A stretch of 64,000 nucleotides of DNA from NCBI GenBank assembly GCA_029366385.1, contig GCA_029366385.1_4540.1; one strand, given 5' to 3'. Each line of letters opens with the position of its first letter. Position 1 is the stretch's first letter. The notes beneath the pieces are model-generated. The model was given only the letters and a program-made list of their open reading frames with translations. It did not search any database and was not told the origin of the DNA. Position numbers and translations under genes: made by a program. Shown piece after piece: positions 17,855 through 27,227 of this stretch. The stretch is from a phage.

Positions 17855-18460
17855 ATGCAACATAGTGTAGTAGTCAACATGCCGAACAGCGGAGATAAAT
17901 CTTTTGGTGTCCCTGCTAAAAAAGTGTGGAAAGCCCATTTTCATCTTACTTTATCTAACGTTAGTTCTGAAGAGTTGATGAAAGCAGCTAAGATTATTGG
18001 TGCCAAATGCACAACAATTGATTTACATCGGGATACAAAGTCTCAACGTGATCGTATGTTAACAAAGTATCAAAGCGATCTCGACACTACTTTAATGTTG
18101 CAATGTGTAGAAAAACTTGAGAATGCAGGTTTCAATGTTGTTCGTTACAAACTGGAACGAATGTTTAAACATGTTGCCTGTGTTCTTTTCATGGATCTAA
18201 GTAAAGAAAATTATGGAGAAGTTCACATTAAGACTTCAGCAAGTGATCCCGAAGTAGAAACAAACTTCTTCCGTATTTCTTCTAATGCTGAAGAAATTGA
18301 TTACCGATTTTATAATGCTCGCTTATATTCCGCAGAAGATAAGTTGCGTTTCAATGAAGCGTATGATATGCTCTTGAACAGTGGGATACAGATAAAAGGC
18401 TACCACATAGAACAAGTTGTGGTAGACAGTAACTTAAATCTTGATGCGTGGTGGGCCTAA
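17855..18460 (+). CDS. Hypothetical protein
   Basis: 201-aa ORF with RBS; contains HFHLTL but no second H-x-T/S motif. Confidence 0.5.
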   Translation: MQHSVVVNMPNSGDKSFGVPAKKVWKAHFHLTLSNVSSEELMKAAKIIGAKCTTIDLHRDTKSQRDRMLTKYQSDLDTTLMLQCVEKLENAGFNVVRYKLERMFKHVACVLFMDLSKENYGEVHIKTSASDPEVETNFFRISSNAEEIDYRFYNARLYSAEDKLRFNEAYDMLLNSGIQIKGYHIEQVVVDSNLNLDAWWA

Positions 18461-18461
18461 T

Positions 18462-19118
18462 ATGACAATAAAACATATCTCTTTTGATGTATGGAACACT
18501 CTTATTTCTGCCAATCAAAACTATGCAGATGCACGTACGCACACTATTGCGACATATGGTAGAATGTCTGAACGTGCCGCAAAAGAAGCATATAAAGATG
18601 CCAAAGAAATTATGGATAATGCTGCACTAAATGGGTGTGCAGAAGGTGTAGCATATGCATGGAATATGTTGGGAAGAAAAATAGGTTTAACCCCTGTAGA
18701 ATCTGCACAAATGCGTTTTGAGTGTGAACAATGGTTTCTTAAATTTCCTCCACATATTGCTTTAGATTTGCCAGTTTGTTTGCTATACTTGTCTGGTAAA
18801 TATGATCTTAGTATTAAAAGCAATACTAATTTTATATCTGGAGATATTTTGCGTCGTGCTTGCATGTTTGATAGTTGGAATTGTTTTGAATTTATGCATT
18901 TTTCAGACGAACATCTGTTGTGTAAACCAGATCCTAGATTCTTTGTTAGGACCGCCACATATTCAAGCATTCCTTTGAAGGCTGAAGAGATCTTACATGT
19001 TGGGGACAGCGAAGAATTTGATGGTAAATGTGTTGACATAGGGATTAACTTCTGTCATATTAAGAACCCTAACGATTTACTAGAGAAACTTAAAAGAGGA
19101 GAAATTGTAAATGCGTAA
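18462..19118 (+). CDS. HAD-superfamily-like hydrolase
   Basis: Track ORF 18441-19118 taken from ATG 18462; motif I-like ISFDVWNTL and motif IV-like LHVGDSEEFD. Confidence 0.45.
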   Translation: MTIKHISFDVWNTLISANQNYADARTHTIATYGRMSERAAKEAYKDAKEIMDNAALNGCAEGVAYAWNMLGRKIGLTPVESAQMRFECEQWFLKFPPHIALDLPVCLLYLSGKYDLSIKSNTNFISGDILRRACMFDSWNCFEFMHFSDEHLLCKPDPRFFVRTATYSSIPLKAEEILHVGDSEEFDGKCVDIGINFCHIKNPNDLLEKLKRGEIVNA

Positions 19119-19938
19119 TCAAACTCAAATTTTTGCAAATAAATTTGATGCCCTGGAAACTGCTACTTTTGATATCAAAGATTATTCAAAATTGAAATTT
19201 GGTAGTAACCAAGCTGCGCGTCGTATGGGTAAAGAATTGGCACTTCAGTTTTTTGCTCAAGTAGCAATGAAACATATTGGGGAACAATTTGTTATCATTC
19301 CTTCTCCTTATAACCATGTGCATAATGCTGCAACAATGATGACAGATCATTTTATTAATTACTTTAATATGTTACAAGCACAATATGATCAAGGTCGTTC
19401 AGCAGAACTGGATATTATTCATCGTAAAGTTAGCTATATCAACGATTATGGTTTCTTGGATAAAGCTAGTCGTAAGAAACTTATTGATGGGGATACATTC
19501 TACTGCAACAAAGAATTCTGGGGTGATAAGAAGCTTGTGTTCATTGATGATGTAAATATCACTGGAACTCATGAAGACAAACTGATTGAGATTCTTGATG
19601 AAAATCAAGTTAAAAATGATGTTTACTTCTTGTATTTTGCAAAATATGAAGGTAATCAAGCAGATACCGAAGCTAAGCTGAATTTTAACTATATTAATAC
19701 ACCAGAAGCGTTTGTTAAAATGATTAATGAAGAATGTGATGCACAGTGTCTTGTTCGTCCTATTAAGTATCTTATGGGCCAAAATCATGAAGACTTCAAA
19801 ATCATTCTTAGCCAATTGCCACACTACTATGTGGAACAACTTTTCTTCGGCTGTTTAGCTGAAGGCTACAATCGAATTGCAAAGTATGCTGAAAACTTTG
19901 AGTTCTTGGATCGTTACACAAAACAACATATTCTGTAA
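19111..19938 (+). CDS. Phosphoribosyltransferase (type I PRTase fold)
   Basis: 275 aa; PRPP-binding signature KKLVFIDDVNITGTHED. Confidence 0.55.
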   Translation: MRNQTQIFANKFDALETATFDIKDYSKLKFGSNQAARRMGKELALQFFAQVAMKHIGEQFVIIPSPYNHVHNAATMMTDHFINYFNMLQAQYDQGRSAELDIIHRKVSYINDYGFLDKASRKKLIDGDTFYCNKEFWGDKKLVFIDDVNITGTHEDKLIEILDENQVKNDVYFLYFAKYEGNQADTEAKLNFNYINTPEAFVKMINEECDAQCLVRPIKYLMGQNHEDFKIILSQLPHYYVEQLFFGCLAEGYNRIAKYAENFEFLDRYTKQHIL

Positions 19939-19947
19939 GGAGGAAAA

Positions 19948-20421
19948 ATGTTGAAGGTTGTTACTGGGAATCTGATCGATGCAGCGAAGAATGGGGAAGT
20001 GAACGTTATTGCTCATTGTTGCAATTGTATGTGTAATATGGGGGCAGGAATTGCTCCGCAAATTAAACGAGCATTCCCTTATGCATATGCGGCAGATTTA
20101 GACACAATGGCTGGTGATCAAAGTAAGTTAGGTTCTTTTAGTTTAGGGGTGCCAGACGAACAATCAGACCCTTTGGTATATAATCTATACGGGCAATACC
20201 GTTACGGATATAATGCTAAAGGTCGTCAGTTGGACTATGATGCCCTATACGATGCACTAATAGCTATGGCTAACGATTTGCTTCTCCGTGACCAAAAATG
20301 TAAGATCGGTTTACCTATGATTGGAGCGGGACATGCCGGAGGTAATTGGGCTATCATCCAAGTGATGATTGAAGAAACTTTAGTAAAAACAGGTCACGAT
20401 GTGACTATTTATAAACTTTAA
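19948..20421 (+). CDS. Macro-domain protein, TARG1/OARD1-like
   Basis: 157 aa; VIAHCCNCMCNMGAGIAPQIKRAFP aligns with human TARG1 [24 protein letters not shown], and IGLPMIGAG..VTIYKL with MPRIGCG..ITVYTL (recalled sequence). Confidence 0.75.
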   Translation: MLKVVTGNLIDAAKNGEVNVIAHCCNCMCNMGAGIAPQIKRAFPYAYAADLDTMAGDQSKLGSFSLGVPDEQSDPLVYNLYGQYRYGYNAKGRQLDYDALYDALIAMANDLLLRDQKCKIGLPMIGAGHAGGNWAIIQVMIEETLVKTGHDVTIYKL

Positions 20422-20433
20422 GAGGAGATTAGT

Positions 20434-20655
20434 ATGGGTGTTTTTGCAGGTATTGTTGCAGTGGTAAGCTTTTTTGTTATTGCTTTTATGCTTAGTTTGA
20501 TTCCAGCTTGGTTACTGTTGCTGGCTTACAACTATGTTGCTGAAGTTATGGGTCATGCAGATATCACTGTCCCAGTAACCTTCTGGACCGTGGTTTGTGT
20601 TTCGTTTATTCTGGCGGTATTACGAGGAATCTTTTCCTCTCATTCAACAAAATAA
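20434..20655 (+). CDS. Small membrane protein
   Basis: 73 aa, two hydrophobic segments. Confidence 0.45.
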   Translation: MGVFAGIVAVVSFFVIAFMLSLIPAWLLLLAYNYVAEVMGHADITVPVTFWTVVCVSFILAVLRGIFSSHSTK

Positions 20656-20658
20656 GTG

Positions 20659-20686
20659 TTGACATAGTTCTTAAAAAGAGTAAGAT
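20659..20686 (+). promoter_or_regulatory. Putative promoter TTGACA-N16-TAAGAT upstream of terC
   Basis: Same -35/-10 hexamers and spacing as the 6359 promoter. Confidence 0.45.
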
Positions 20687-20698
20687 ATATCACATGAA

Positions 20699-20717
20699 GC
20701 GGGGAATAGTTCCCCGC
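20699..20717 (+). promoter_or_regulatory. Leader stem-loop upstream of terC
   Basis: Perfect 8-bp stem GCGGGGAA / TTCCCCGC with loop TAG, between the -10 and the RBS GAGAGGAG. Confidence 0.35.
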
Positions 20718-20734
20718 AAAGAGAGGAGAAAAGA

Positions 20735-21709
20735 ATGCAACTCGGTTTCCCAATTATTGATGTAGTTGTTTTAGTTGGTATTTTAGCATTGTCTATTGGT
20801 ATCGATTTCTTTGGTCATAAAGAGAATAAAGAAATTGGAATTAAATCTGCTTTGCTTTGGTCTGTTTTTTGGATTGCTTTAGCTTTAGGATATTACGCAT
20901 TCATTTGGGTAGAACATGGTAAAGAGTTTGCCGCGCTTTTCCTAAGTGGCTATGTGTTGGAAAAGAGTCTTTCTGTAGATAACCTAATGGTGTTCATGGC
21001 AATTTTTGCAAGCTTTGGAATTAAGAGCACACATCTCCAACATAAGATTTTACTTTGGGGGATTGCAGGAGCCATTGTCTTCCGAGGTATTTTTGTTGCA
21101 GCAGGAACAGCTTTATTTAACCTGCATTGGTCGGTCCAAGTGCTGTTCGGTCTGATTGTAGCTTGGTCTGCCGTTGCTATTATCAAAGGTGGTGACGAAG
21201 AAGAGGATATCGATTACTCTAAACATTGGGCTGTTCGTTTAGTAGGTAAAATCCTGCCTGTGCACAATGCACTGGATGGTGAAAAGTTCATTACCATTAA
21301 GAATGGTATTAAATATGCAACTCCTGCTCTTCTTTGTGTGTTTGTTATTGAGCTTACAGATATTGTCTTCTCTTTTGATTCAGTTCCGGCTGTGATCGGT
21401 GTGACACAAGAACCTCTGCTAGTTTATTCTGCAATGCTGATGGCTGTTCTTGGTTTACGTGCACTTTTCTTTGTGTTAAGTGTAGCTGTGAAATATTTGG
21501 TTCACTTAGAGAAAGCTGTTGCTGTGGTTCTGGTGTTTGTTGGTGCTAAACTTATGTATCATCCGTTCGGTGAAACACTTCATGCCAAGTGGTCATTCCT
21601 CCCGCATGATATTTCCCCTAACGTAAGTCTGATGATTGTTCTAGGCACATTAGCTCTTGGTGTTATTGCAAGCTTTATCTTCCCTGAAAAAGAAGAAGCT
21701 ACTGTTTAA
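20735..21709 (+). CDS. terC: TerC-family integral membrane protein
   Basis: 324 aa, multiple TM helices; motifs EKSLSVDNLMVF and TDIVFSFDSVPAV. Confidence 0.8.
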   Translation: MQLGFPIIDVVVLVGILALSIGIDFFGHKENKEIGIKSALLWSVFWIALALGYYAFIWVEHGKEFAALFLSGYVLEKSLSVDNLMVFMAIFASFGIKSTHLQHKILLWGIAGAIVFRGIFVAAGTALFNLHWSVQVLFGLIVAWSAVAIIKGGDEEEDIDYSKHWAVRLVGKILPVHNALDGEKFITIKNGIKYATPALLCVFVIELTDIVFSFDSVPAVIGVTQEPLLVYSAMLMAVLGLRALFFVLSVAVKYLVHLEKAVAVVLVFVGAKLMYHPFGETLHAKWSFLPHDISPNVSLMIVLGTLALGVIASFIFPEKEEATV

Positions 21710-21715
21710 TAGATG

Positions 21716-21740
21716 AGCCTCCTTCGGGAGGCTATTTTAT
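21716..21740 (+). terminator. Rho-independent terminator (UUCG loop)
   Basis: Stem AGCCTCC / GGAGGCT, loop TTCG, then ATTTTAT. Confidence 0.55.
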
Positions 21741-21751
21741 AGGAGAGACTT

Positions 21752-22102
21752 ATGAGTAATTTTGATGAAATTCAAAAACTTGTTTGGGATTTACCTGGGG
21801 ATGTTGATTACGTTTCAGATTATCTTTCAAAAGTTTACCCTGGGGTAAGCGTTATGATTGTGACCAAAGATCCAATTAACCTTCCTCCTAACGTAGTAGC
21901 TTGTTGTGGAAGTGGTTCAGGAGAGGTAGAACCTGTATCTCGTTGGGAATTAACCAAAGCTGTTTCAAAACGAAACGGCGAAGTTTTGAATATTGATATC
22001 GAACAAATCTGGACTTCTCCAGCCGCCAAGTGGAATGATCCTAATGGTTGGGATTTGTTCTTCTGGGATAATGAAACTGATGATGAGGTATTTTTAAAAT
22101 GA
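21752..22102 (+). CDS. Hypothetical protein
   Basis: 116-aa ORF with AGGAGAG RBS. Confidence 0.5.
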   Translation: MSNFDEIQKLVWDLPGDVDYVSDYLSKVYPGVSVMIVTKDPINLPPNVVACCGSGSGEVEPVSRWELTKAVSKRNGEVLNIDIEQIWTSPAAKWNDPNGWDLFFWDNETDDEVFLK

Positions 22103-22344
22103 AATACTTGTTGGTTGTGTTTGAAAATATTTGTTTTGCAATAGGGTTGTTTGTTGTAATTTTTGTATTGACAAGCGTAATCAACGGCAGTAAAGTGAGT
22201 TTATACCGAGATGGAGAGCAACTTTATTGCTTCTCTGGAGATTTCAAACACAGATGTATTAATAGCCAAAACGAGGAAAGCAAATATGAAAAAACTAGCC
22301 CTGATTTTAATTGGTTGTATCTTTTTAACAGCTTGCGAGGATGA
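22099..22344 (+). CDS. Possible small membrane protein
   Basis: 81-aa ORF with ATGA overlap, but its 3' end overlaps the lipoprotein gene by about 59 nt. Confidence 0.3.
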   Translation: MKYLLVVFENICFAIGLFVVIFVLTSVINGSKVSLYRDGEQLYCFSGDFKHRCINSQNEESKYEKTSPDFNWLYLFNSLRG

Positions 22345-22723
22345 AACAAATCCCGCACAATACCAACAACCTCCTCAACAATACGCTCAACAAGGATCTG
22401 ACGGAGATACAACTATTATCAACAATGGTGGCGGTTCTAGTAGTAGCGGTGTTGGTGAGTTTGCTACAGGTATGTTGTTAGGGCATATGATGAGTGGCGG
22501 TAGTAATCGTAGCAGTGGGGATTATAACGATAACAGAACGATTATTAATAAGCATTATAATACACCTAAACCGAAAACTAATTTTTATGGTAAGCCTAAA
22601 CAAGAGATAAAAACTTATGAAAAGCCGAGACAAACTTTTAAAACAAATAGTAGCTATACAACTCGTAAATCTTACAATAGCCCTTTAAGTAAAAAGAGTT
22701 CATCTCGTAGCAAGCGACGTTAA
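22286..22723 (+). CDS. Putative lipoprotein (Gly/Ser-rich, basic C-terminus)
   Basis: Track ORF 22211-22723 taken from ATG 22286 after GAGGAAAG; lipobox-like LILIGCIFLTAC. Confidence 0.55.
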   Translation: MKKLALILIGCIFLTACEDETNPAQYQQPPQQYAQQGSDGDTTIINNGGGSSSSGVGEFATGMLLGHMMSGGSNRSSGDYNDNRTIINKHYNTPKPKTNFYGKPKQEIKTYEKPRQTFKTNSSYTTRKSYNSPLSKKSSSRSKRR

Positions 22724-22737
22724 TAAGGAGAAAAACA

Positions 22738-23331
22738 ATGACAATTTCTATTCGTACTTCCATCGTAGGTGTTAAAAGGTTGCCTAATGCTTTGCAAATC
22801 ACACGCGCTTTGAGGGATACATTCTCTGCTGTGGACGAGCATAAGATGCTTGATAATCTTTCAAATTGGCCCTATTTCCATTATTTTAAAAATGAAGATG
22901 ACGAGTTTATAGACGCTGTTTCTTATGGTTATGATTTCGGTAAGGAGGTTTCTGCTGAAGAATTTGTAGCTATGGTGTTCCCAAACGGTTTGCCTACTCG
23001 CAGTAAACGTAAAAAAGGACCAAAAAACAAGAAACGTGCTACTAATAAAGCTACCATTTTCTTTACTGATGGCACACAATATACTATTAAAGATTTTGAA
23101 GAGGTATCTTATACAGCAGGTGGGAATCTTTCTTTCTACACCATCAAAAAACAAAACTCTACGTTCAGCCATGTTTCTAACATGATTGAAATGTTAGTAG
23201 AAGATATTGAAAGCGTGGCTGTGTTAGGTATGCATAAAAGCTTTTTAATTACAAATATTTCAGATTTCAGTGCAAGTTTATCTGGCCCTGATTTTGAAGC
23301 CACGACCACGCATTTCGCTTTTAAGGTGTAA
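22738..23331 (+). CDS. Hypothetical protein
   Basis: 197-aa ORF. Confidence 0.5.
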   Translation: MTISIRTSIVGVKRLPNALQITRALRDTFSAVDEHKMLDNLSNWPYFHYFKNEDDEFIDAVSYGYDFGKEVSAEEFVAMVFPNGLPTRSKRKKGPKNKKRATNKATIFFTDGTQYTIKDFEEVSYTAGGNLSFYTIKKQNSTFSHVSNMIEMLVEDIESVAVLGMHKSFLITNISDFSASLSGPDFEATTTHFAFKV

Positions 23332-23334
23332 GTT

Positions 23335-23925
23335 ATGCATACCGAGAGAGACTTGCAACTCTTGTGGTGGGAAGTGATGCAGGAAATAAAAGAAGATTTT
23401 CCTGTTTACTACAACATGTTACATGAAGCAGGATATAAAGCTTGTGTTAGAAACAAAGTGAATAACTCTTTCGGTTGGTGCAACTACCGAGATAAAATTG
23501 TTGTTGTAAATTGGCACTTGCATAAGAACTCCACAAGAGATATGATCGTGGATACAATGAAGCACGAAATTGCTCATGCTATTGATGGTTGTATGGGTAA
23601 GTTTAGTAGACACGGTGCTCATTGGCAAAAACTGGCAGCAGAGTTAGGGGCTAATCCTAAAGCCACTTCCAAAGAGCCGTTGAACCACGAATATAAATAT
23701 GTTCTTGTTCTGGTAGATAGGTTTGCGACAAGATGTGTTAGAGGTTATAATCGTAAACCTAATCGCATGTACCCAGGTAAGCAACCTAATATGTGGTTGA
23801 AATCAGATAAAGAAGGGACCGAAGGAAAATTATGGTTGTATAAATGGGACGATTGGGTTAAAGTAGCTAAAGAGTACGGTGTTTCACCATATATAAGAGA
23901 TGCAGAAGAGGAGAATGAAGAATGA
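23335..23925 (+). CDS. SprT-like zinc metallopeptidase domain protein
   Basis: 196 aa; HEIAHAI (HExxH) followed by HGAHWQ. Confidence 0.6.
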   Translation: MHTERDLQLLWWEVMQEIKEDFPVYYNMLHEAGYKACVRNKVNNSFGWCNYRDKIVVVNWHLHKNSTRDMIVDTMKHEIAHAIDGCMGKFSRHGAHWQKLAAELGANPKATSKEPLNHEYKYVLVLVDRFATRCVRGYNRKPNRMYPGKQPNMWLKSDKEGTEGKLWLYKWDDWVKVAKEYGVSPYIRDAEEENEE

Positions 23926-25034
23926 CAAGTCCATTTTTAAAAGCAGCTACTGGCGGTCAGAAGAAACCTGAAATGAGCGTATTTGCTGCAACAACAGATG
24001 CAAGTAAATCTGTATTCGCTCCAAGCGTGTTAGATGCCAGTCCTGTTTATGCACCAGCGGCACCGCAAGAAGTTCCAGTTTTGCCTTCTATGACCCGACA
24101 AGAGATCGAAGAGATTGGGGCAGAGGCAGGAACAACCTTGCGTTCCTTGAATGCCGAGGTATTAAAACATCAACGTAGTAATCAAGGCGATCAGATGAGT
24201 GAACGACTCACAGCTTTGATTAAACAGGCAAAACAACTTGATCCAAACTCTATTAAACAAAGCAAGGGTATTACTAAACTCATTAAAAAAGTTATGGGTA
24301 TGAAAGAAGATCTGTTTGGGGAGTTTGATAATGTTAATAACCGTATTGAAGAGTTGGTAAAAAACCTTCAAATGGATATTCGCAAAGAAGAAGATTCCTT
24401 GGTATATCTTGAAAAGCTACATCAAGCTATTGGACAATATGCTGCAAGTTTGAACCGAGATATGCAGCTTCTAACAGCAACCTATGAAAAAGAAGAACAA
24501 GCTTTGGCTGCTCTTCCAGAAGATGCAGTAGAACAGCGACAAGTGATCCGAGACACTTTGGATCTTCTGGAGATTCGTATTGCAGATTTAAAAGCATTGC
24601 GCCTACTGTGTGTCCAAATGGGACCGCGTGTACAAGGTATGCAAAAAGTTTCTGCAAGCTTAATGCGATCTGCGCGTAACATAGTAAATAATGTTATTCC
24701 TGCTTACTCTGCTAACTTCTCAATGTATATCGAGAGCTTACGTCAAATGAAAGCAGCAGAGACGCAGAATAACGTTCTTGATGAATTTAACCTAGCAATT
24801 AAACTGGGTAGCGATCTTGCCACACAGAATCAGATCGAAGCAGCAGCACTGGCTAACCGTCAAGTGTTGGATATTGAAACTCTGCGTCACGATCAGGAAA
24901 ACTTGGTTAAGATGTTGGAAGAAACTAACCGCATCAATACGGAAGCCCGTGCTGCTCGTGTTGATTATATTAATGAAGTTCAATCTCTGGAAGACGGGAT
25001 GGTAGCTGCTGTGAAACGAGGGCTTGGTAAATGA
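23922..25034 (+). CDS. Putative TelA-like (toxic anion resistance family) protein
   Basis: 370 aa, long helical protein; resemblance to TelA is from recalled pattern only. Confidence 0.4.
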   Translation: MTSPFLKAATGGQKKPEMSVFAATTDASKSVFAPSVLDASPVYAPAAPQEVPVLPSMTRQEIEEIGAEAGTTLRSLNAEVLKHQRSNQGDQMSERLTALIKQAKQLDPNSIKQSKGITKLIKKVMGMKEDLFGEFDNVNNRIEELVKNLQMDIRKEEDSLVYLEKLHQAIGQYAASLNRDMQLLTATYEKEEQALAALPEDAVEQRQVIRDTLDLLEIRIADLKALRLLCVQMGPRVQGMQKVSASLMRSARNIVNNVIPAYSANFSMYIESLRQMKAAETQNNVLDEFNLAIKLGSDLATQNQIEAAALANRQVLDIETLRHDQENLVKMLEETNRINTEARAARVDYINEVQSLEDGMVAAVKRGLGK

Positions 25035-25228
25035 GAATCCGTATCTATATAATTGATGAGGACATTGGTGTCCGTTATGATGACGAAAAACGATTCGCGC
25101 CGATGGGAGGCATATATCCCCCAAGTGTTCTAGCAGTTTGTCGTGATTGTTATATTTATGAAGGTTGTCGTAACTTCCGTAAATTCGAACTCCTTGCAGA
25201 TATTGACTTCAATGAGGAGGAGGAGTAA
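25031..25228 (+). CDS. Hypothetical protein
   Basis: 65-aa ORF. Confidence 0.4.
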   Translation: MRIRIYIIDEDIGVRYDDEKRFAPMGGIYPPSVLAVCRDCYIYEGCRNFRKFELLADIDFNEEEE

Positions 25229-25401
25229 TGAAAATATTACGAGTGAATATTGAAACTGCTTGGTGTGGATGCAATGAGGTTGTGGATATCGAAATTGAAG
25301 ATGATATGTCTCAAGAGGATATAGAAGATCTTGCACACGAAACCTTTCAGGACTATTGTAATTACGGGTTCCATATTTTAGAGGAGGAAGAGGATGTTTA
25401 A
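25228..25401 (+). CDS. Small acidic protein (57 aa)
   Basis: Unlisted ORF; TAATG overlap upstream, overlaps next start. Confidence 0.4.
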   Translation: MKILRVNIETAWCGCNEVVDIEIEDDMSQEDIEDLAHETFQDYCNYGFHILEEEEDV

Positions 25402-25597
25402 CTACGATAACGACCCTAATATTATCCAGTTAACCCGACAAGAACTGATCACAATCATTGAAGATGCTTTTATTGATGGCTGGAATACACAAGACAATGA
25501 TTGGGGTGGACCCGAAGCTTTTCTGGAACATCATAAAGCTTATGGAGAATTTTGTGAAACCACTGTAGCTCTTGATAATCTGAAGGAGGGTTTGTAA
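25394..25597 (+). CDS. Hypothetical protein
   Basis: 67-aa ORF. Confidence 0.45.
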   Translation: MFNYDNDPNIIQLTRQELITIIEDAFIDGWNTQDNDWGGPEAFLEHHKAYGEFCETTVALDNLKEGL

Positions 25598-26160
25598 TGG
25601 GTTGTTTTAGCTTTTTGTGCAAAGAATCGGGCAAAGCTGCCCTTTCTACTTCTTTCGACGGATCACCTTGTTATCTCTTTCTTTTGAAGGACGGTGTTGT
25701 TATTGAAGAGATGTATGGCAACTATGATAGTTATGGTTGTGTTTTCTCTGGAAAGGAGGATGAAAATGGCGTTCGTGAAAGGTTCGAATGGGCTATGGAT
25801 TGGGGTAAGGTTTGTGATTTAATGCATTCCTCAAATCCAAGGGACGGTATTGCTATGGTGCTGGAAGAGTACTTTACAGGTGAAATCCCTACAGAACAAT
25901 CTGACGGAGATCCTAACCAAGGTTGGGGTGATGGTGAAGAAGATCCAGATTGTTTTTTCAGCACAGAAAAGAATAAGTTTAAACGTGTTGACAACCCTTA
26001 TCACAAAGTGCATAATACTCTCATTGAAACAGAAGATGACAAGATGGAAATTGAAGAAGATGATCCTCTTGTAACACTTCCTATAAGTGAGTTACAAAAG
26101 ATCACTAAGGAAGCTTACGATTTGGGCTTCAAAATTGGTAGAGGAGGTATGCGTGTTTAG
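25597..26160 (+). CDS. Hypothetical acidic protein
   Basis: 187-aa ORF. Confidence 0.5.
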   Translation: MGCFSFLCKESGKAALSTSFDGSPCYLFLLKDGVVIEEMYGNYDSYGCVFSGKEDENGVRERFEWAMDWGKVCDLMHSSNPRDGIAMVLEEYFTGEIPTEQSDGDPNQGWGDGEEDPDCFFSTEKNKFKRVDNPYHKVHNTLIETEDDKMEIEEDDPLVTLPISELQKITKEAYDLGFKIGRGGMRV

Positions 26161-26431
26161 ATTCAATATTCAAGAAGAAAAGTATCAAGATTTACCTATT
26201 GCTTTCGAAGATCTTGGCATAGGGGCCACATTCATGTATTATGATGCCTATGAAGACGCAGGGTTGGATACCTACCGTAACTTGGTGTTCATTAAAAATT
26301 CCACAAACAGTGCGATCTGTATTAATGGATCACTAGCACAACGAGGCTATACTCATTGCATCCCGCCAGATACAAATATGGTGGAAGTAGATTTAGAAGT
26401 TACCAATATTACACTTAAGAAGGAGAAATAA
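26153..26431 (+). CDS. Small protein, paralog A of 27453-27722
   Basis: Track ORF 26087-26431 taken from GTG 26153 after GAGGAGG; shares F-I-E.K...I.DL..G.TF.Y..A.....LD ... EV.L.VT.ITLK with 27453-27722. Confidence 0.5.
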   Translation: MFRFNIQEEKYQDLPIAFEDLGIGATFMYYDAYEDAGLDTYRNLVFIKNSTNSAICINGSLAQRGYTHCIPPDTNMVEVDLEVTNITLKKEK

Positions 26432-26432
26432 T

Positions 26433-27227
26433 ATGTCCGAGAAAATCAGCCTGAAAAAACGTCAAGAAAACCTTGCTTTCTCTCTGAAAAAGAATAAGAA
26501 CCTGAATGAAGGTAAGATTGTTCTTCGTGTAGCATGTGCTCTAGATATTTCTGGTAGTATGCATGGTCTATATTCTAGTGGGGTAGTAAGTGATTTTGTA
26601 GGTAAACTGCTTCCTTTTGGTATGTTGTTCGACGATAATGAACAAATTGACATGTGGGCCTTCAATACGAGTTCTCAAGAGCTTACTCCAGCAACAGCAG
26701 ACGTTTACGATGACTATGTTGGTAAATGTATGCGTAATATTCGTATTGGAGGTGGAACAAATTACGCCCCTGTAATGGCAGATATCTACGATGAGTATTT
26801 TGGCACTGTTACCAAATATGTTACCACTAAACAAGTGGTACAAGAGGAGGCTCCAAAGAAAGGCTTCTTTAATCGTCTGCTTGGTAAAACTGAAACAGTA
26901 TCTGTAGAGCGTGAAAAGGTTGTAGCTGTATCTGAACCAGGTGCTGACGTTACCCCTGGTGTTGTATTCTTCCAGACGGATGGTGAGAATGGTGATCCTA
27001 GTGCTGTTCGTCGTCTTATTGAAGAGAATAAGAATAAGCCTATCTATTGGTTCATGGTTGGCGTTGGTAATGAGAAGTTCAGCTTCCTGAAAGAACTGGC
27101 AAATGCTTATGATAATGTTGGTTTTATTGGCATTAAAGATTTAGACTTGACAGATTCAGAGCTTTATGACAAACTCTTATCTGAAGAGTTCGGAGAGTGG
27201 GTTGTTAAAGTAGGTGCTAAAAAATGA
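26433..27227 (+). CDS. von Willebrand factor A (vWA) domain protein, TerY-like, with TerD-like N-terminal segment
   Basis: 264 aa; MIDAS-type ALDISGSM; N-terminus MSEKISLKK resembles the TerD N-terminus. Confidence 0.65.
   Translation: MSEKISLKKRQENLAFSLKKNKNLNEGKIVLRVACALDISGSMHGLYSSGVVSDFVGKLLPFGMLFDDNEQIDMWAFNTSSQELTPATADVYDDYVGKCMRNIRIGGGTNYAPVMADIYDEYFGTVTKYVTTKQVVQEEAPKKGFFNRLLGKTETVSVEREKVVAVSEPGADVTPGVVFFQTDGENGDPSAVRRLIEENKNKPIYWFMVGVGNEKFSFLKELANAYDNVGFIGIKDLDLTDSELYDKLLSEEFGEWVVKVGAKK

Noticed and set aside
17855-18460. Possible 2H phosphoesterase (LigT-like) because of HFHLTL
   Set aside because: Only one H-x-T/S-x motif is evident; the second (VHIKTS) does not fit, so the gene is left as hypothetical.
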